DNA of 64,000 bases. It comes from Bacilli bacterium (lineage in GTDB: Bacteria; Bacillota_I; Bacilli_A; RFN20; CAG-826). Shown in pieces: positions 8,070 to 17,985 of this stretch. Position 1 is the first letter of the stretch. The number at the start of each line of letters is the position of its first letter. The notes below the pieces were generated by a model that saw nothing but the letters and a program-made list of their open reading frames with translations, was not told the DNA's origin and did not search any database. A program made the translations under genes and the position numbers. The DNA is taken from assembly GCA_017468925.1 (NCBI GenBank), contig JAFUHI010000001.1:11655-75654 (forward strand), written 5' to 3'.

Positions 8070-9509
8070 ATGGCAAGCCAGTTCAAAAACAATTCGATAA
8101 CCAAGAGGGACGAGAATTTCGCCCAATGGTACACAGACGTCTGCAAAAAAGCGGAATTGATGGATTATTCATCCGTCAAAGGTTTCATCAATTATCTCCC
8201 CTATGGCTATGCGATTTGGGAAGAGATTCAAAAATATTTGAATAAAAGATTCAAAGAAGTTGGCTCACATAACGTCTATCTCCCGATGGTTATCCCAGAG
8301 AGCCTTTTCAACAAAGAGAAAGAGCATGTCGAAGGATTCGCCCCAGAGACTTTGGTCGCCACATATGGAGGAGGCAAGGAATTAGAGGAGCCATTAATCA
8401 TCCGTCCTACTTCAGAGATTTTATTCTCTGATATGTATAAAAGGATGATTTCTAGCTATAGAGACCTCCCAAAAGTATTCAATCAGTGGTGCTCAGTCGT
8501 TAGATGGGAAAAGACTACCAGACCATTCCTTAGAGGAAGCGAATTCCTCTGGCAAGAAGGTCATTGCTTATTCGAAACCCAGGAAGAGGCGGAAGAGAAT
8601 GCCTTAAAAGTGCTTGAGATATATGACGATTTGGGAAGAGATGTTTTAGCAGTCCCATTCGTCAAAGGAAGAAAGACCGAAAGGGAGAAATTCGCAGGCG
8701 CGAACGCAACCTATTCAATCGAAGCATTGATGCATGATGGCCAGGCTTTACAAAGCGGTACCACCCATGATTTGGGGCAAGGTTTTGCCGAAGCATTTGG
8801 AATCTCCTTCCAAGGGAGACAAGGGAAATTAGAGATCCCATATCAGACTTCTTGGGGTGTATCCACTAGATTATTAGGCGCAATTATCATGGTCCATGGA
8901 GATGATAATGGTCTTGTTTTGCCTCCTGCAGTGGCCCCAATCCAAGTGGTCATCATCCCAATCAAGATGCAAGAACCAGGTGTATTAGAAGCCTGCAAAG
9001 ACATCTATGAGAAATTAAAAGCAGAAGGCGTAAGAGTTGAATTGGACGATGACGATAACAAAACTCCTGGATGGAAATTCAGCCAATACGAGATGAAAGG
9101 GGTACCTCTAAGAATTGAATTAGGTCCAAAGGACCTCTCATTAGGTGTAGCCACATTAGCCAAACGCGTCGATGGAAGCAAGACAACCGAGAAGATAGAG
9201 GACATAGTCAAGAGAATTCCTTCGCTTCTAGAAGAAATACATATAGATATGTATAAGAAAGCGGTAGACTTCCTTGAGCATCATATAACCGAAGTCCATT
9301 CTATCGAAGAACTCAAAGCAGCGATAGAGAAAGGCGGATACGCCAAAGCGGTTTGGTGCGGGGATGAAGAATGCGAGCTAAAAGTCAAAGAACTCACCAA
9401 TGGGGCAACCTCAAGATGCATGCCTTTCGAACAGGTAGTCTTTGATGATAAATGCCCAATATGTGGCAAAAAAGCCAAGCACGTCGTTTATTTTGCTAGA
9501 GCATATTAA
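8070..9509 (+). CDS. proS: Proline--tRNA ligase, archaeal/eukaryote-like type (no INS editing domain)
   Basis: N-terminus NFAQWYTDV...MDYSSVKGFINYLPYGYAIWE, class II motifs, and a Cys-rich C-terminal domain ending in Tyr (CGDEECE...CPICGKKA...FARAY). 479 aa. Confidence 0.9.
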   Translation: MASQFKNNSITKRDENFAQWYTDVCKKAELMDYSSVKGFINYLPYGYAIWEEIQKYLNKRFKEVGSHNVYLPMVIPESLFNKEKEHVEGFAPETLVATYGGGKELEEPLIIRPTSEILFSDMYKRMISSYRDLPKVFNQWCSVVRWEKTTRPFLRGSEFLWQEGHCLFETQEEAEENALKVLEIYDDLGRDVLAVPFVKGRKTEREKFAGANATYSIEALMHDGQALQSGTTHDLGQGFAEAFGISFQGRQGKLEIPYQTSWGVSTRLLGAIIMVHGDDNGLVLPPAVAPIQVVIIPIKMQEPGVLEACKDIYEKLKAEGVRVELDDDDNKTPGWKFSQYEMKGVPLRIELGPKDLSLGVATLAKRVDGSKTTEKIEDIVKRIPSLLEEIHIDMYKKAVDFLEHHITEVHSIEELKAAIEKGGYAKAVWCGDEECELKVKELTNGATSRCMPFEQVVFDDKCPICGKKAKHVVYFARAY

Positions 9510-9650
9510 TAAAATAATAAATTTTCTATCTTTTATCTTTAGATAAAAATGCATATTTTTGCTTATTCTGTCCTTCAAGGTAAGAAACAGTTGTTTTTCC
9601 CTATAATTTTAATAGAAGTTTTATGTTCGAATATTTAGGAGGATAAAAGA

Positions 9651-10605
9651 ATGGCTGAAATCGATACAATTGCGCCCAAACTGGATTATGAAACTATTGA
9701 ATCGATGATATATTTCATCCGCGGAGAAAGGGTGATGCTTGATTTTGAATTGGCATATATTTATGGGTATGACACCCGCGATTTTAATAATCAGGTTAAA
9801 CATAATATCGAACGTTTTGATAGCGATTTTAGATTTCAACTTAGCAAGGAAGAATGGAAAGAGATTTTGATGTGGAAAAAATCCACCGCAAAAAATCTTT
9901 TAAAAAGAAGAACATGTCCATATGCTTTCACTGAACAAGGCATATATATGCTAATGACAGTCTTAAAGGGCGATCTAGCAGTGAAACAAAGCAAAATTTT
10001 AATAAAAACGTTTAAAACAATGAAGGATTTTATTGTTGAACACAGCGAATTACTTAGCACAAACGAAATAATTAAACTTACAAACTTAGTTAATAATCAT
10101 TCGGAAAGGCTTGATGTTGTCGAGAACAAACTAGAAATAATTATGGAAAATTTCGTAGACCCCGCAGCACGAAAACACTATTTAATTTTAGATGGTAAAA
10201 AAAATAGAAGCCATAGTCGCTTATCAGGAAATCTATTCAAAAGCAAAACATTCCGTTTATGTAATTGACGATTATATAAGCGTAAAGACATTACAATTAC
10301 TAATGTGCTGCGATAAGAGCGTCAATATTGTCATATTCACTGATAACAAAGGGAAAAACGAATTGAACAAAACTTTTTTAAATGATTTCAAGACTGAAAC
10401 TTGTTTTGATGTACGGTTTAAAAGAAATAAAAATCGATTTCATGATAGATACATTATCATAGACTTTAAAACCGAAACCGAGTCAATATATCATTGTGGC
10501 GCTTCCAGTAAAGATGCCGGGAAAAGAATTACGACGATAACAAAAATAGAGGAAAAAGAATTATATAAGTCATTGATTGAAGAGATGTTGAACAACGAAG
10601 ATTAA
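9651..10605 (+). pseudogene. ORF6N/KilA-N-like DNA-binding protein split by a +1 frameshift in an A8 tract
   Basis: ORF 9651-10268 has an ORF6N-like N-terminus (IYFIRGERVMLDFELAYIYGYDTRDFNNQVKHNIERF). Removing one A from the A8 run at 10197-10204 joins ...LILDGKK to IEAIVAYQEIYSKAKHSVYVIDDYI... of ORF 10192-10605, giving one ORF of about 316 aa. Confidence 0.7.
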
Positions 10606-10626
10606 ATAATTTAAGTTTGAAATTTA

Positions 10627-11847
10627 TTATTGATGATCTTTTATTATTTCTTTTGCGACTTCTATGCCATCTCTTATACACGCTGCAACGGTTTTAGGTC
10701 CTAAATACGCATCGCCAGCTATATATACATTAGGAATGGAGGATAGGTGATTGTCTAATTTTTCTAAACCTTGCTTAATTAAATTGAAGTCAACTTTCTG
10801 TCCAATTGCTGCGATGATTAGATCGCAATCCTCATCGTAGGAAGAACCGTCTATTTCTTTAAATGACGCTCTTCCCGATTCGTCTTTTTCACCGAGTTCC
10901 ATTTTGATTAATTTCGCTCCGATGACTTTGCCCGAGTCATCGTATAAAACGTCTTTGATATTTGTTAACAATGAGAATTTAACACCTTCGTTTAATGCTG
11001 ATTCGATTTCTTTATCTGAGGCTGGCATTTCATTTCTTCCGCGTCTATACACGATTGTCACATCACCCATTATTCTTTTTAAAGACCTGGCACAATCTAA
11101 AGCAACATTACCTCCACCCCAGACAAGCGCTTTATGATATTTGTTCTTATATTTGTTTGCTTTGCCTAAGATGTTTAGATCGTTAAGAAGCGTTAGGCCG
11201 CCTATATATCCAACTTTAGTCTCAAATCCCCCAAGGTTTTCTTTTTGGGCTCCGATAGCGACAATGGCTTTATCGTAGGAGGAATGGATATCATCAAAAT
11301 CAATATCTTTGCCGACTTCGATTCCAAAGTGGAATTTCGCTCCCGCTTTTTCTAACGAAGAATAAGTATTGTCTAATTTCGATTTATCAAATCTAAAATC
11401 TGGTATTCCTGTTAAAATCGCTCCTCCGATTTTGTTGGATTTTTCATAAATATCCACTGCAAAACCCGCTTCGATTAAGCGAATCGCGGCAGAAATTGAA
11501 GCAATCCCAGCGCCTATGATAGCGACTTTTTTTCCATTCGGTTTTCCTGGCTTTATCTGGTATGAATGCTTTGAAGCGATATATCTTTCTATTTGCTGTA
11601 TTGAAACGGCGTTGCCTCTAATTCCTTTGATGCAATGGCCTTGGCACTGCTTATAAGAATCGCATAAGAAAGAAGTGTATTCTGGCAAAGGATTCGTTTC
11701 ATATAAAATTGCGGCCGCTAAATCTTCATCTCCATTTTTTAAGGCGGAGATTATTAAATTAATGGAATTAGAGCATGGGCACCCGCTTTTGCATCTAGGG
11801 TTTAAACAAGATAAGCATTCATTTGTGAGTTTGGCGATTTCTTCCAT
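10627..11847 (-). CDS. GltD/PreT-like NAD(P)H-dependent FAD oxidoreductase with N-terminal Fe-S cysteine clusters
   Basis: Cys clusters CLSCLNPRCKSGCPC and CDSYKQCQGHC. Dinucleotide fold KVAIIGAGIASISAAIRL...IYEKSNKIGG and a second fold ALVWGGGNVALDCA. Confidence 0.75.
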   Translation of the reverse strand: MEEIAKLTNECLSCLNPRCKSGCPCSNSINLIISALKNGDEDLAAAILYETNPLPEYTSFLCDSYKQCQGHCIKGIRGNAVSIQQIERYIASKHSYQIKPGKPNGKKVAIIGAGIASISAAIRLIEAGFAVDIYEKSNKIGGAILTGIPDFRFDKSKLDNTYSSLEKAGAKFHFGIEVGKDIDFDDIHSSYDKAIVAIGAQKENLGGFETKVGYIGGLTLLNDLNILGKANKYKNKYHKALVWGGGNVALDCARSLKRIMGDVTIVYRRGRNEMPASDKEIESALNEGVKFSLLTNIKDVLYDDSGKVIGAKLIKMELGEKDESGRASFKEIDGSSYDEDCDLIIAAIGQKVDFNLIKQGLEKLDNHLSSIPNVYIAGDAYLGPKTVAACIRDGIEVAKEIIKDHQ

Positions 11848-11972
11848 AAAAATAATGATAACAAAACTAGCGTTTGTATGATAAGGAAAGTTGAATATTG
11901 TTGAGCGAATCTCTATGCCTAATTGGGTTTCTTGGCAATTACGCTTTTATTTGATAAAATAACACCACTGTT

Positions 11973-13232
11973 ATGAAGGTATTATTTGTATTAGAGTGCG
12001 CCAATAAGATAACCAATGGTACTGGTGCCACTTGCCTAAGATTTGCCAAACAACTCCAGCAAAGAGGATATGAGATAACATTCATCGGTCACGATTTCGA
12101 TGATCCGAAAGATAAGCCAGAAGGCTATACGGCTTTGCCCCATTATAACTTCCCAGTTTTCCAGGGATTAATCGAAAAAGAAGGATTCAATTTCGTCAAA
12201 TGCGATGATGAGAAGATGTATAAAGCCATCAAGGACGTGGATTTGGTTCATGTCTTTTTGCCTTTCAAGTTAGAAAATAAGGCAAGAATCATGGCTCAGG
12301 CTTTGAATATACCTGTTACCAGCGCTTTCCATTTGCAGCCGCAAAATATCACGAGCGCCATCCACATCGGCAAAATTAGATTAATAAATGACATTCTCTA
12401 TTATTCGTTTAAGAAATACATGTTCAATTACACAAGACACGTTCATTGCCCTTCGCAAATGATTGCAAACCAACTAGCTGAGCACAATTACAAAAGGAAT
12501 AAATATCACGTCATATCCAATGGTGTTAATGACTATTTCCACCCGATAGAAGTAAGCAAGCCAGAAGAGATCAAAGACAAAATAATCGTGACGATGTCTG
12601 GAAGGCTTGCAAGCGAAAAACGCCAGGATTTGATTATTAAAGCGGTTGCCTGCTCTAAATACAAAGACAGAATAAAAATATTGCTCTGTGGACAAGGGCC
12701 GAACAAAAACAGATATATCAAACTGGCAGAGAAAAAAGCCGTGGATATGGAGATAAAATTCTGCGATCAAGAAGAGTTAAGGAACATTCTCAACTATTCC
12801 GATATATACGTTCATGCTTCAGATTTTGAAATCGAAGGCATTTCAGCAATAGAAGCGTTCGCCTGTGGAGCCGTTCCAGTAATATCAGATTCGAAATTAT
12901 CCGCGACAAATAATTTCTCGCTTTCAAGAAAATGCATATTCAAGCATGGCTCTTATAAGTCATTAAGAGATCACATCGATTATTTCATCGAACATCCGGA
13001 TAAATGCAAGGAATTATCCGAAAGATACATCAATAACTCTTCTAGATTCTATCTTCCAAAGATGGTGGATATGTTCGAAGAGATGCTAAAAGAAGCGATA
13101 GAGGACCACGAAACAGAGAAAGATCTTCCTACTGTTCTCCCGCGTAAGAAAGATCGTAGAAAAGCTAGAGCGATATTCAAGAGACTTAAGAAAAAAGGCG
13201 TCATCGACGAATTGCCTGAAAAGATTAGATAG
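11973..13232 (+). CDS. GT-B fold glycosyltransferase (family 4-like), possible glycolipid synthase
   Basis: E-x7-E motif FEIEGISAIEAFACG and a basic amphipathic C-terminal tail. The specific acceptor is unknown. Confidence 0.7.
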   Translation: MKVLFVLECANKITNGTGATCLRFAKQLQQRGYEITFIGHDFDDPKDKPEGYTALPHYNFPVFQGLIEKEGFNFVKCDDEKMYKAIKDVDLVHVFLPFKLENKARIMAQALNIPVTSAFHLQPQNITSAIHIGKIRLINDILYYSFKKYMFNYTRHVHCPSQMIANQLAEHNYKRNKYHVISNGVNDYFHPIEVSKPEEIKDKIIVTMSGRLASEKRQDLIIKAVACSKYKDRIKILLCGQGPNKNRYIKLAEKKAVDMEIKFCDQEELRNILNYSDIYVHASDFEIEGISAIEAFACGAVPVISDSKLSATNNFSLSRKCIFKHGSYKSLRDHIDYFIEHPDKCKELSERYINNSSRFYLPKMVDMFEEMLKEAIEDHETEKDLPTVLPRKKDRRKARAIFKRLKKKGVIDELPEKIR

Positions 13233-13234
13233 AA

Positions 13235-13264
13235 AAATCCCCCGAGCCTGAACTCGAGGGATTT
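13235..13264. terminator. Bidirectional hairpin terminator between the convergent glycosyltransferase and prs genes
   Basis: AAATCCCCCGAG-CCTGAA-CTCGAGGGATTT forms a 12-bp stem with one mismatch. A/T runs lie on both sides. Confidence 0.65.
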
Positions 13265-13267
13265 CTA

Positions 13268-14260
13268 TTATTTGATGTTTTCTGGTATGGCGTATGCTTC
13301 GTATACCGCCGATAGAGGCGCATTCTTTGTTATTCTATCGATGCATTCTGCAAGCATGCTGGCTAAGGAGATGACTTTGATGCAGGGGAGTGATTTGAAT
13401 CTATCTGCTAAAGGAATTGAATCAGTCACAATTACTTCATCGAAGTGACATTCTTTTAGCAAATCAAAACAAGGATCTGAGAAAGCGGGGTGAACTGCAA
13501 GGATTTTGACGGATTTTGCGCCTGCATCCTTTAAGGCTTTGGCACCGATTACTGCGCTACGACCCGTGTCAATCATATCATCGACCATATAACAGTTCTT
13601 ATCTTTTACATCACCGATGATGCTCATGACTTCTGGCTCAAGCGTATTTTTTCTACGTTTATCGATTATGGCGATTGGGCAGTTGCCTAGTTGCATAGCT
13701 AAATCTCTAGCGCGTTTGACGCCTCCATGGTCTGGAGAGACGACGACGATTTCGTTAGGATCGCTGACTTCGGCTTTGACAGTATTTCCAAGCAGAGGAA
13801 CTGCGGTCAAATCATCAACGAGGCAAGAGAAGAACCCTTGTATCTGGGCGGCGTGTATATTAACCGTAACCACTCTATCGACCCCAGCGACGTCAAGGAG
13901 CTTGGCGACTAAAGATGCGGTTATTGGTTGCCTTGGTTTGGCTTTTCTATCTTGTCTAGCATATCCGAAATAAGGAACAATTAGGTTGATTTCCTTCGCA
14001 GAACTCCTGCGTAATGCGTCGACAAAGATCAAGACTTCCATCAAATTGTCATTGACGGGAGGGCAAGTTGATTGAATGATGAAAACTTGCTTTCCCCTGA
14101 CGGATTCTTCTGGTTCAACAATGATTTCACCTGATGGGAATCGCCTGATGCTTCTTGGGCTCAATTTGACCTTGAGTTTTCTAGCGATTGATTCCGCTAA
14201 TTCTTGGTTAGCGGATAAAGAGAATAATACGGCATCATCTCTCATTTTTATGGCCTCCAA
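13268..14260 (-). CDS. prs: Ribose-phosphate pyrophosphokinase
   Basis: YFGYARQDRK, HAAQIQGFF and VDDMIDTGRS motifs. The ATG at 14245 is an alternative start. Confidence 0.95.
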   Translation of the reverse strand: MEAIKMRDDAVLFSLSANQELAESIARKLKVKLSPRSIRRFPSGEIIVEPEESVRGKQVFIIQSTCPPVNDNLMEVLIFVDALRRSSAKEINLIVPYFGYARQDRKAKPRQPITASLVAKLLDVAGVDRVVTVNIHAAQIQGFFSCLVDDLTAVPLLGNTVKAEVSDPNEIVVVSPDHGGVKRARDLAMQLGNCPIAIIDKRRKNTLEPEVMSIIGDVKDKNCYMVDDMIDTGRSAVIGAKALKDAGAKSVKILAVHPAFSDPCFDLLKECHFDEVIVTDSIPLADRFKSLPCIKVISLASMLAECIDRITKNAPLSAVYEAYAIPENIK

Positions 14261-14298
14261 GTGGCTTATATGCCGTACTTCATTATATCACTTGCACA

Positions 14299-16788
14299 TC
14301 AATAGAGCGTTGTTTTGTTGAAAAATGATAAATTTGAATCAAAATCTGTTGATGTTATGTGCGTTTTTCCTCTAAGGAATTCTGCGGTGATGTTACGATA
14401 ATTCGTATCATCCATTATGTCAGTTTGAATTAGTGAAGGGAAATAATTGTAATTCCTGCTCGCATTTCTATGAGTGCCTACATAATCCAAGACCGCGATT
14501 CGGTAATACGTATTGCTATCTAAGGTTGGGTAAACGCCAGTTGAATCATATTTATAAATATAAATTGAATCATATTTTGCCTCTTTTATGATGTCGCTTC
14601 CCTTGACGTCTCCAATTATTATTTGGTTATCAAATGGCAGTGATTCATATAGCGTTGCATAAGTAACTTTATAATATCCATTAGAATCGGTTCCATCGGT
14701 TTTTAAAGAGGTTCTAGCGTTATTTCCTAAGGCTAAGACGATGTTTGGATCTACTCTCTTTGCAGCCTCATATACCGCCTGATTATATAGATTAGAGATT
14801 TGCGCTTGGCTTAGTCGATATGTATCGGTAATCGAAGTCAAAACCTCTTTTCCGGCGACATCGGAAATCGCTTTATATTCATTAACCAAGGTTTCTATTT
14901 CGGCATCATATCCCCCAAAAGAAGAAAGGTTATATCTATATTCCTTTGTCGTTGTTTGCCCCTCAGTAATGGTTAAGACGGTTTTGCCAATCTTTGTTCC
15001 ATATCCGCTTGTTTGGATAAAGGAAACTCCGTTTTCAGTCGCGCTTTCGTCAACATGTGTGTGAGCGCAGAATGCGGCATCGATGTAGCGAGATGAGGAA
15101 ACTGGAGAAATTGAAGTAATCCCTTGCCCAAGCAGCTCATCTTGTGAGCCATGGTGAGATAAAACTACAACATCGCATCCGTGTTCAGTCCTAAGTTCAT
15201 CGCTTAATGTTTTGATGATAGGGATGGGGTTCTCGAACGAATACCCGTCGACGAATTGAGAGCAAATGCTAGTTATCTGATCCGAGCCAATTGTCCCAAT
15301 TAAGCCGACTTTTACGCCGTTTTTGACCACAATATTGTATTTTGCGGCGATATCTGAAGCGTAATCCAAAGTTGTTTTTGTGCTGATGTCGTACTTATAT
15401 ATATTCGCGCCTAAGAACGCTCTTCCTTGGTGAACTGCATTTCTTTTGATATACGTATCACCCCAATCAAATTCATGGTTACCTAGAATTGAGGCAGAGA
15501 AATCAAGTTTGTCGATTATCTTGGACAACAATTCGCCATAGTTATAATTGCTCTCAATGCTGCCTTGGAACATATCGCCTGAATTGATTAACAAAGTATT
15601 ATCTTGGCCATATGAACGCATGATACCGGCGACTGAGACAATTCCAGCATGGTTGCTTTGTGGAATTATGGCTCCATGGAAATCGTTGATAGCAAGGAAA
15701 GTCAATTCAGTTGAGACGCTGCCGCTTTCATTTACGAATACTTTGCATGTGTCGCTCTTATCCAAACATGAGGCGGTGATCGTTGCTTCGCCTGATGCTA
15801 ATGCGGTTACCGTTCCTCTATCATTTACTGATGCGACCTCTGGATTCGATGAAGAATAGCTGACTGTCAAACCAACTGGGTTTGTTTCAACGCTTAACGT
15901 TGATGAATCTCCAATTTTTAACCTTAATGTAGATGGAGAAACTTTTACGCTTTCGCAGGCTATATCTTGCGTATGCAGTTCAATATCGCTTGCAGAAACG
16001 ATTTTAAATACGCGAGCGTTTCCTTCGTAACCTAATATACCAGTTACATCTAAAGCGGTGTTTGATTCATGATATTGGTTTAATAGAAGTTTGATGTTAT
16101 TCGTATCTGTCGCGTTACCTGTATTGATTGAAACGTTGGTGCCATCGATCCCGTCTGTGAAAGTCGCGCCTCTAATTGAATAATAATCCAAAGATACGTC
16201 ATCTGCGGTTATTTCGTTTTCAACTCTTACCCCATGAACCTTGACCAATCTGTTTATGGAATACATCTGATCATTCATTTGGTTTTTGAAGGCATTTTCG
16301 TTAAAAGAATTCAAAGAATAGAACTCTTTTGGGCCGAATCCGTAGGGATTTTTATCATATGAAATAGAATATGATGCTAGATTCCATTCAGGTACGCCAT
16401 AGTAATTGATTATCGTTCCGCCATCTAGATCAATGACGGAGCCCTCGGTTATATCGTCGTGATTTGAGATATTATAAAGCTGAATCGCATCGATCTCGTT
16501 TGTTTGCTGGTTGACTCTTTGGATATAGGCTGAATTGCCGCAGACCCTAGTGACAGTTCCTCTAATTTTCATCGATGTCGTTTCGCTGCCACGTGAGGCA
16601 TTTAATCGAGATGCAACATCGATTGCTTCTTTTATCTCGCTATATCCTTCCGGCAAAGAGCAAGAATAATTGTTTTGGCTTCCTGCCATAAGGGCATAAG
16701 CGCTTAATCCTGTAATTGCGGTGAGTGATAAAGTGAAAAATGAAGCGACTATTACCAACGAGGTTTTTATTTTTTTAGCTTTTTTCAT
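14299..16788 (-). CDS. Secreted or surface multidomain 5'-nucleotidase/metallophosphoesterase with OB-fold-like and Big_2 domains
   Basis: N-terminal signal/anchor, an OB-like segment (IRGTVTRVCGNSAYIQ) and a Big_2 domain (SSSNPEVASVNDRGTVTALASGEATITA). Calcineurin-like motifs are NDFHG, GDMFQGS, GNHEFD and SHHG. The C-terminal part is 5'-nucleotidase-like. Confidence 0.8.
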   Translation of the reverse strand: MKKAKKIKTSLVIVASFFTLSLTAITGLSAYALMAGSQNNYSCSLPEGYSEIKEAIDVASRLNASRGSETTSMKIRGTVTRVCGNSAYIQRVNQQTNEIDAIQLYNISNHDDITEGSVIDLDGGTIINYYGVPEWNLASYSISYDKNPYGFGPKEFYSLNSFNENAFKNQMNDQMYSINRLVKVHGVRVENEITADDVSLDYYSIRGATFTDGIDGTNVSINTGNATDTNNIKLLLNQYHESNTALDVTGILGYEGNARVFKIVSASDIELHTQDIACESVKVSPSTLRLKIGDSSTLSVETNPVGLTVSYSSSNPEVASVNDRGTVTALASGEATITASCLDKSDTCKVFVNESGSVSTELTFLAINDFHGAIIPQSNHAGIVSVAGIMRSYGQDNTLLINSGDMFQGSIESNYNYGELLSKIIDKLDFSASILGNHEFDWGDTYIKRNAVHQGRAFLGANIYKYDISTKTTLDYASDIAAKYNIVVKNGVKVGLIGTIGSDQITSICSQFVDGYSFENPIPIIKTLSDELRTEHGCDVVVLSHHGSQDELLGQGITSISPVSSSRYIDAAFCAHTHVDESATENGVSFIQTSGYGTKIGKTVLTITEGQTTTKEYRYNLSSFGGYDAEIETLVNEYKAISDVAGKEVLTSITDTYRLSQAQISNLYNQAVYEAAKRVDPNIVLALGNNARTSLKTDGTDSNGYYKVTYATLYESLPFDNQIIIGDVKGSDIIKEAKYDSIYIYKYDSTGVYPTLDSNTYYRIAVLDYVGTHRNASRNYNYFPSLIQTDIMDDTNYRNITAEFLRGKTHITSTDFDSNLSFFNKTTLY

Positions 16789-16829
16789 AAATATTTGAGT
16801 TATGTATTTTGATATTTTAACATATTTGT

Positions 16830-17564
16830 ATGAAGTACAAATCGCTTGTTTTTCTGTCCCTATTGCCTCTAGTCACATCCTGTAGAGGCGTCTTTGTGGA
16901 TAAAGACAAAGCATTAAGCAGACTCAATGGCATAAAAGAAAACATAAAAAAGGAGTCATTTCAGCTCCCGATGTTATTTACTAGAGAATATGAAAGTGAG
17001 TTTTACGACAAAAGTAAAAACAGCCAAGAAATAGCGTTTATAAACAACAATTCTTTATATTTTCAAAGAATACAATCGGGGAATTTATATGGAGAAACCA
17101 CCACTGTGTGGTTCTATGTCGAAGGCGATGATTTCATAACTGCGAAAAAAGATTCCAATGGCTCCGTTTACAAAATTGATTCCAATCTCGACGCCGCTTC
17201 AACGTTCAAAGGAGCGATTGCCAATTACCTTTCGTATGAGACTGTCGATATCAATAGGACGCCTGATGATCTTCTGGATATAATCGGACCAGAGGCTAGA
17301 GAAAGCGTTGAAATAACTTATGAGAACTATTTTTCTAGAGGGACCGGTCAGCTTTCCGCAGATTTAAGATTCACCGAAAACGATATTAAAAAGAACGAAA
17401 ACTATCAGTTCGATGGGAACAAAGTCACATTGATTGAGAAAAAAGTCAGTGAAGGAACTGAGGATTATGCGAGCACAAAAGTATCGTATGAATGGAATGT
17501 CGCAAAGTGGACAAAGCCAGATTTGTCAGACTTTGTTTTGACAAGCGAAACAATAAAACTGTAG
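16830..17564 (+). CDS. Lipoprotein, function unknown
   Basis: Signal peptide with lipobox LVTSC at residues 14-18. Confidence 0.65.
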   Translation: MKYKSLVFLSLLPLVTSCRGVFVDKDKALSRLNGIKENIKKESFQLPMLFTREYESEFYDKSKNSQEIAFINNNSLYFQRIQSGNLYGETTTVWFYVEGDDFITAKKDSNGSVYKIDSNLDAASTFKGAIANYLSYETVDINRTPDDLLDIIGPEARESVEITYENYFSRGTGQLSADLRFTENDIKKNENYQFDGNKVTLIEKKVSEGTEDYASTKVSYEWNVAKWTKPDLSDFVLTSETIKL

Positions 17565-17581
17565 TTTTAATAAATTTTATG

Positions 17582-17610
17582 ATGATAAATATGTAAAATT
17601 GGTGTATAGT
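17582..17610 (+). promoter_or_regulatory. Candidate sigma-70-type promoter for tRNA-Ser(GCU)
   Basis: ATGATA-N17-TATAGT ends 11 nt before the mature tRNA 5' end. Confidence 0.35.
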
Positions 17611-17621
17611 ATCGCTTACGT

Positions 17622-17712
17622 GGAGACGTACCCAAGAGGCCGAAGGGGACGGTTTGCTAAACCGTTAGTGGGCGTAAGTCCAGCAAGGGTTCAAATCCCT
17701 TCGTCTCCGCCA
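17622..17712 (+). tRNA. tRNA-Ser (anticodon GCU), encoded CCA
   Basis: GGAGACG acceptor stem, ACGGT-TTGCTAA-ACCGT anticodon arm, long variable arm, GGGTTCAAATCCC T arm, and CGTCTCC-G-CCA. Confidence 0.93.
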
Positions 17713-17985
17713 AACAAATGAAAATTCCTCCATCATTCTGCCATAATATGGCTAGATAAAATGGAGGATTTTTTATATCTTTTGGATATGATAAACAAAT
17801 GAGCTCTTTCTCGGAGATTTATATGCTTTCTGATGGCTTGATGTATTTTCTTTGAGATCTTCATCACCAGCAAATTCATCAGCTTCTCTGACTAATTTAT
17901 CTTTCAGGCATTCTCCTTTGATTATTTCGATTAAAGGTGTAAGTGAATATGATACAAGAACTACTTTAAAGTGAAGAATGCATCG

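Noticed and set aside
9510-9650. Possible T-box or riboswitch leaders in the larger intergenic regions: 9510-9650, 11848-11972, 44345-44484 and 3028-3225.
   Set aside because: I saw no conserved T-box sequence, specifier or antiterminator arrangement, or recognisable riboswitch core. proS has no leader at all, only an 11-nt gap. These regions look like plain AT-rich promoter and terminator DNA.
10192-10605. Treating ORF 10192-10605 as an independent gene that starts at ATG 10192.
   Set aside because: It has no RBS and overlaps the upstream ORF by 77 nt. Both reading frames join seamlessly when one A of the A8 tract is removed. A frameshifted single gene explains this better.
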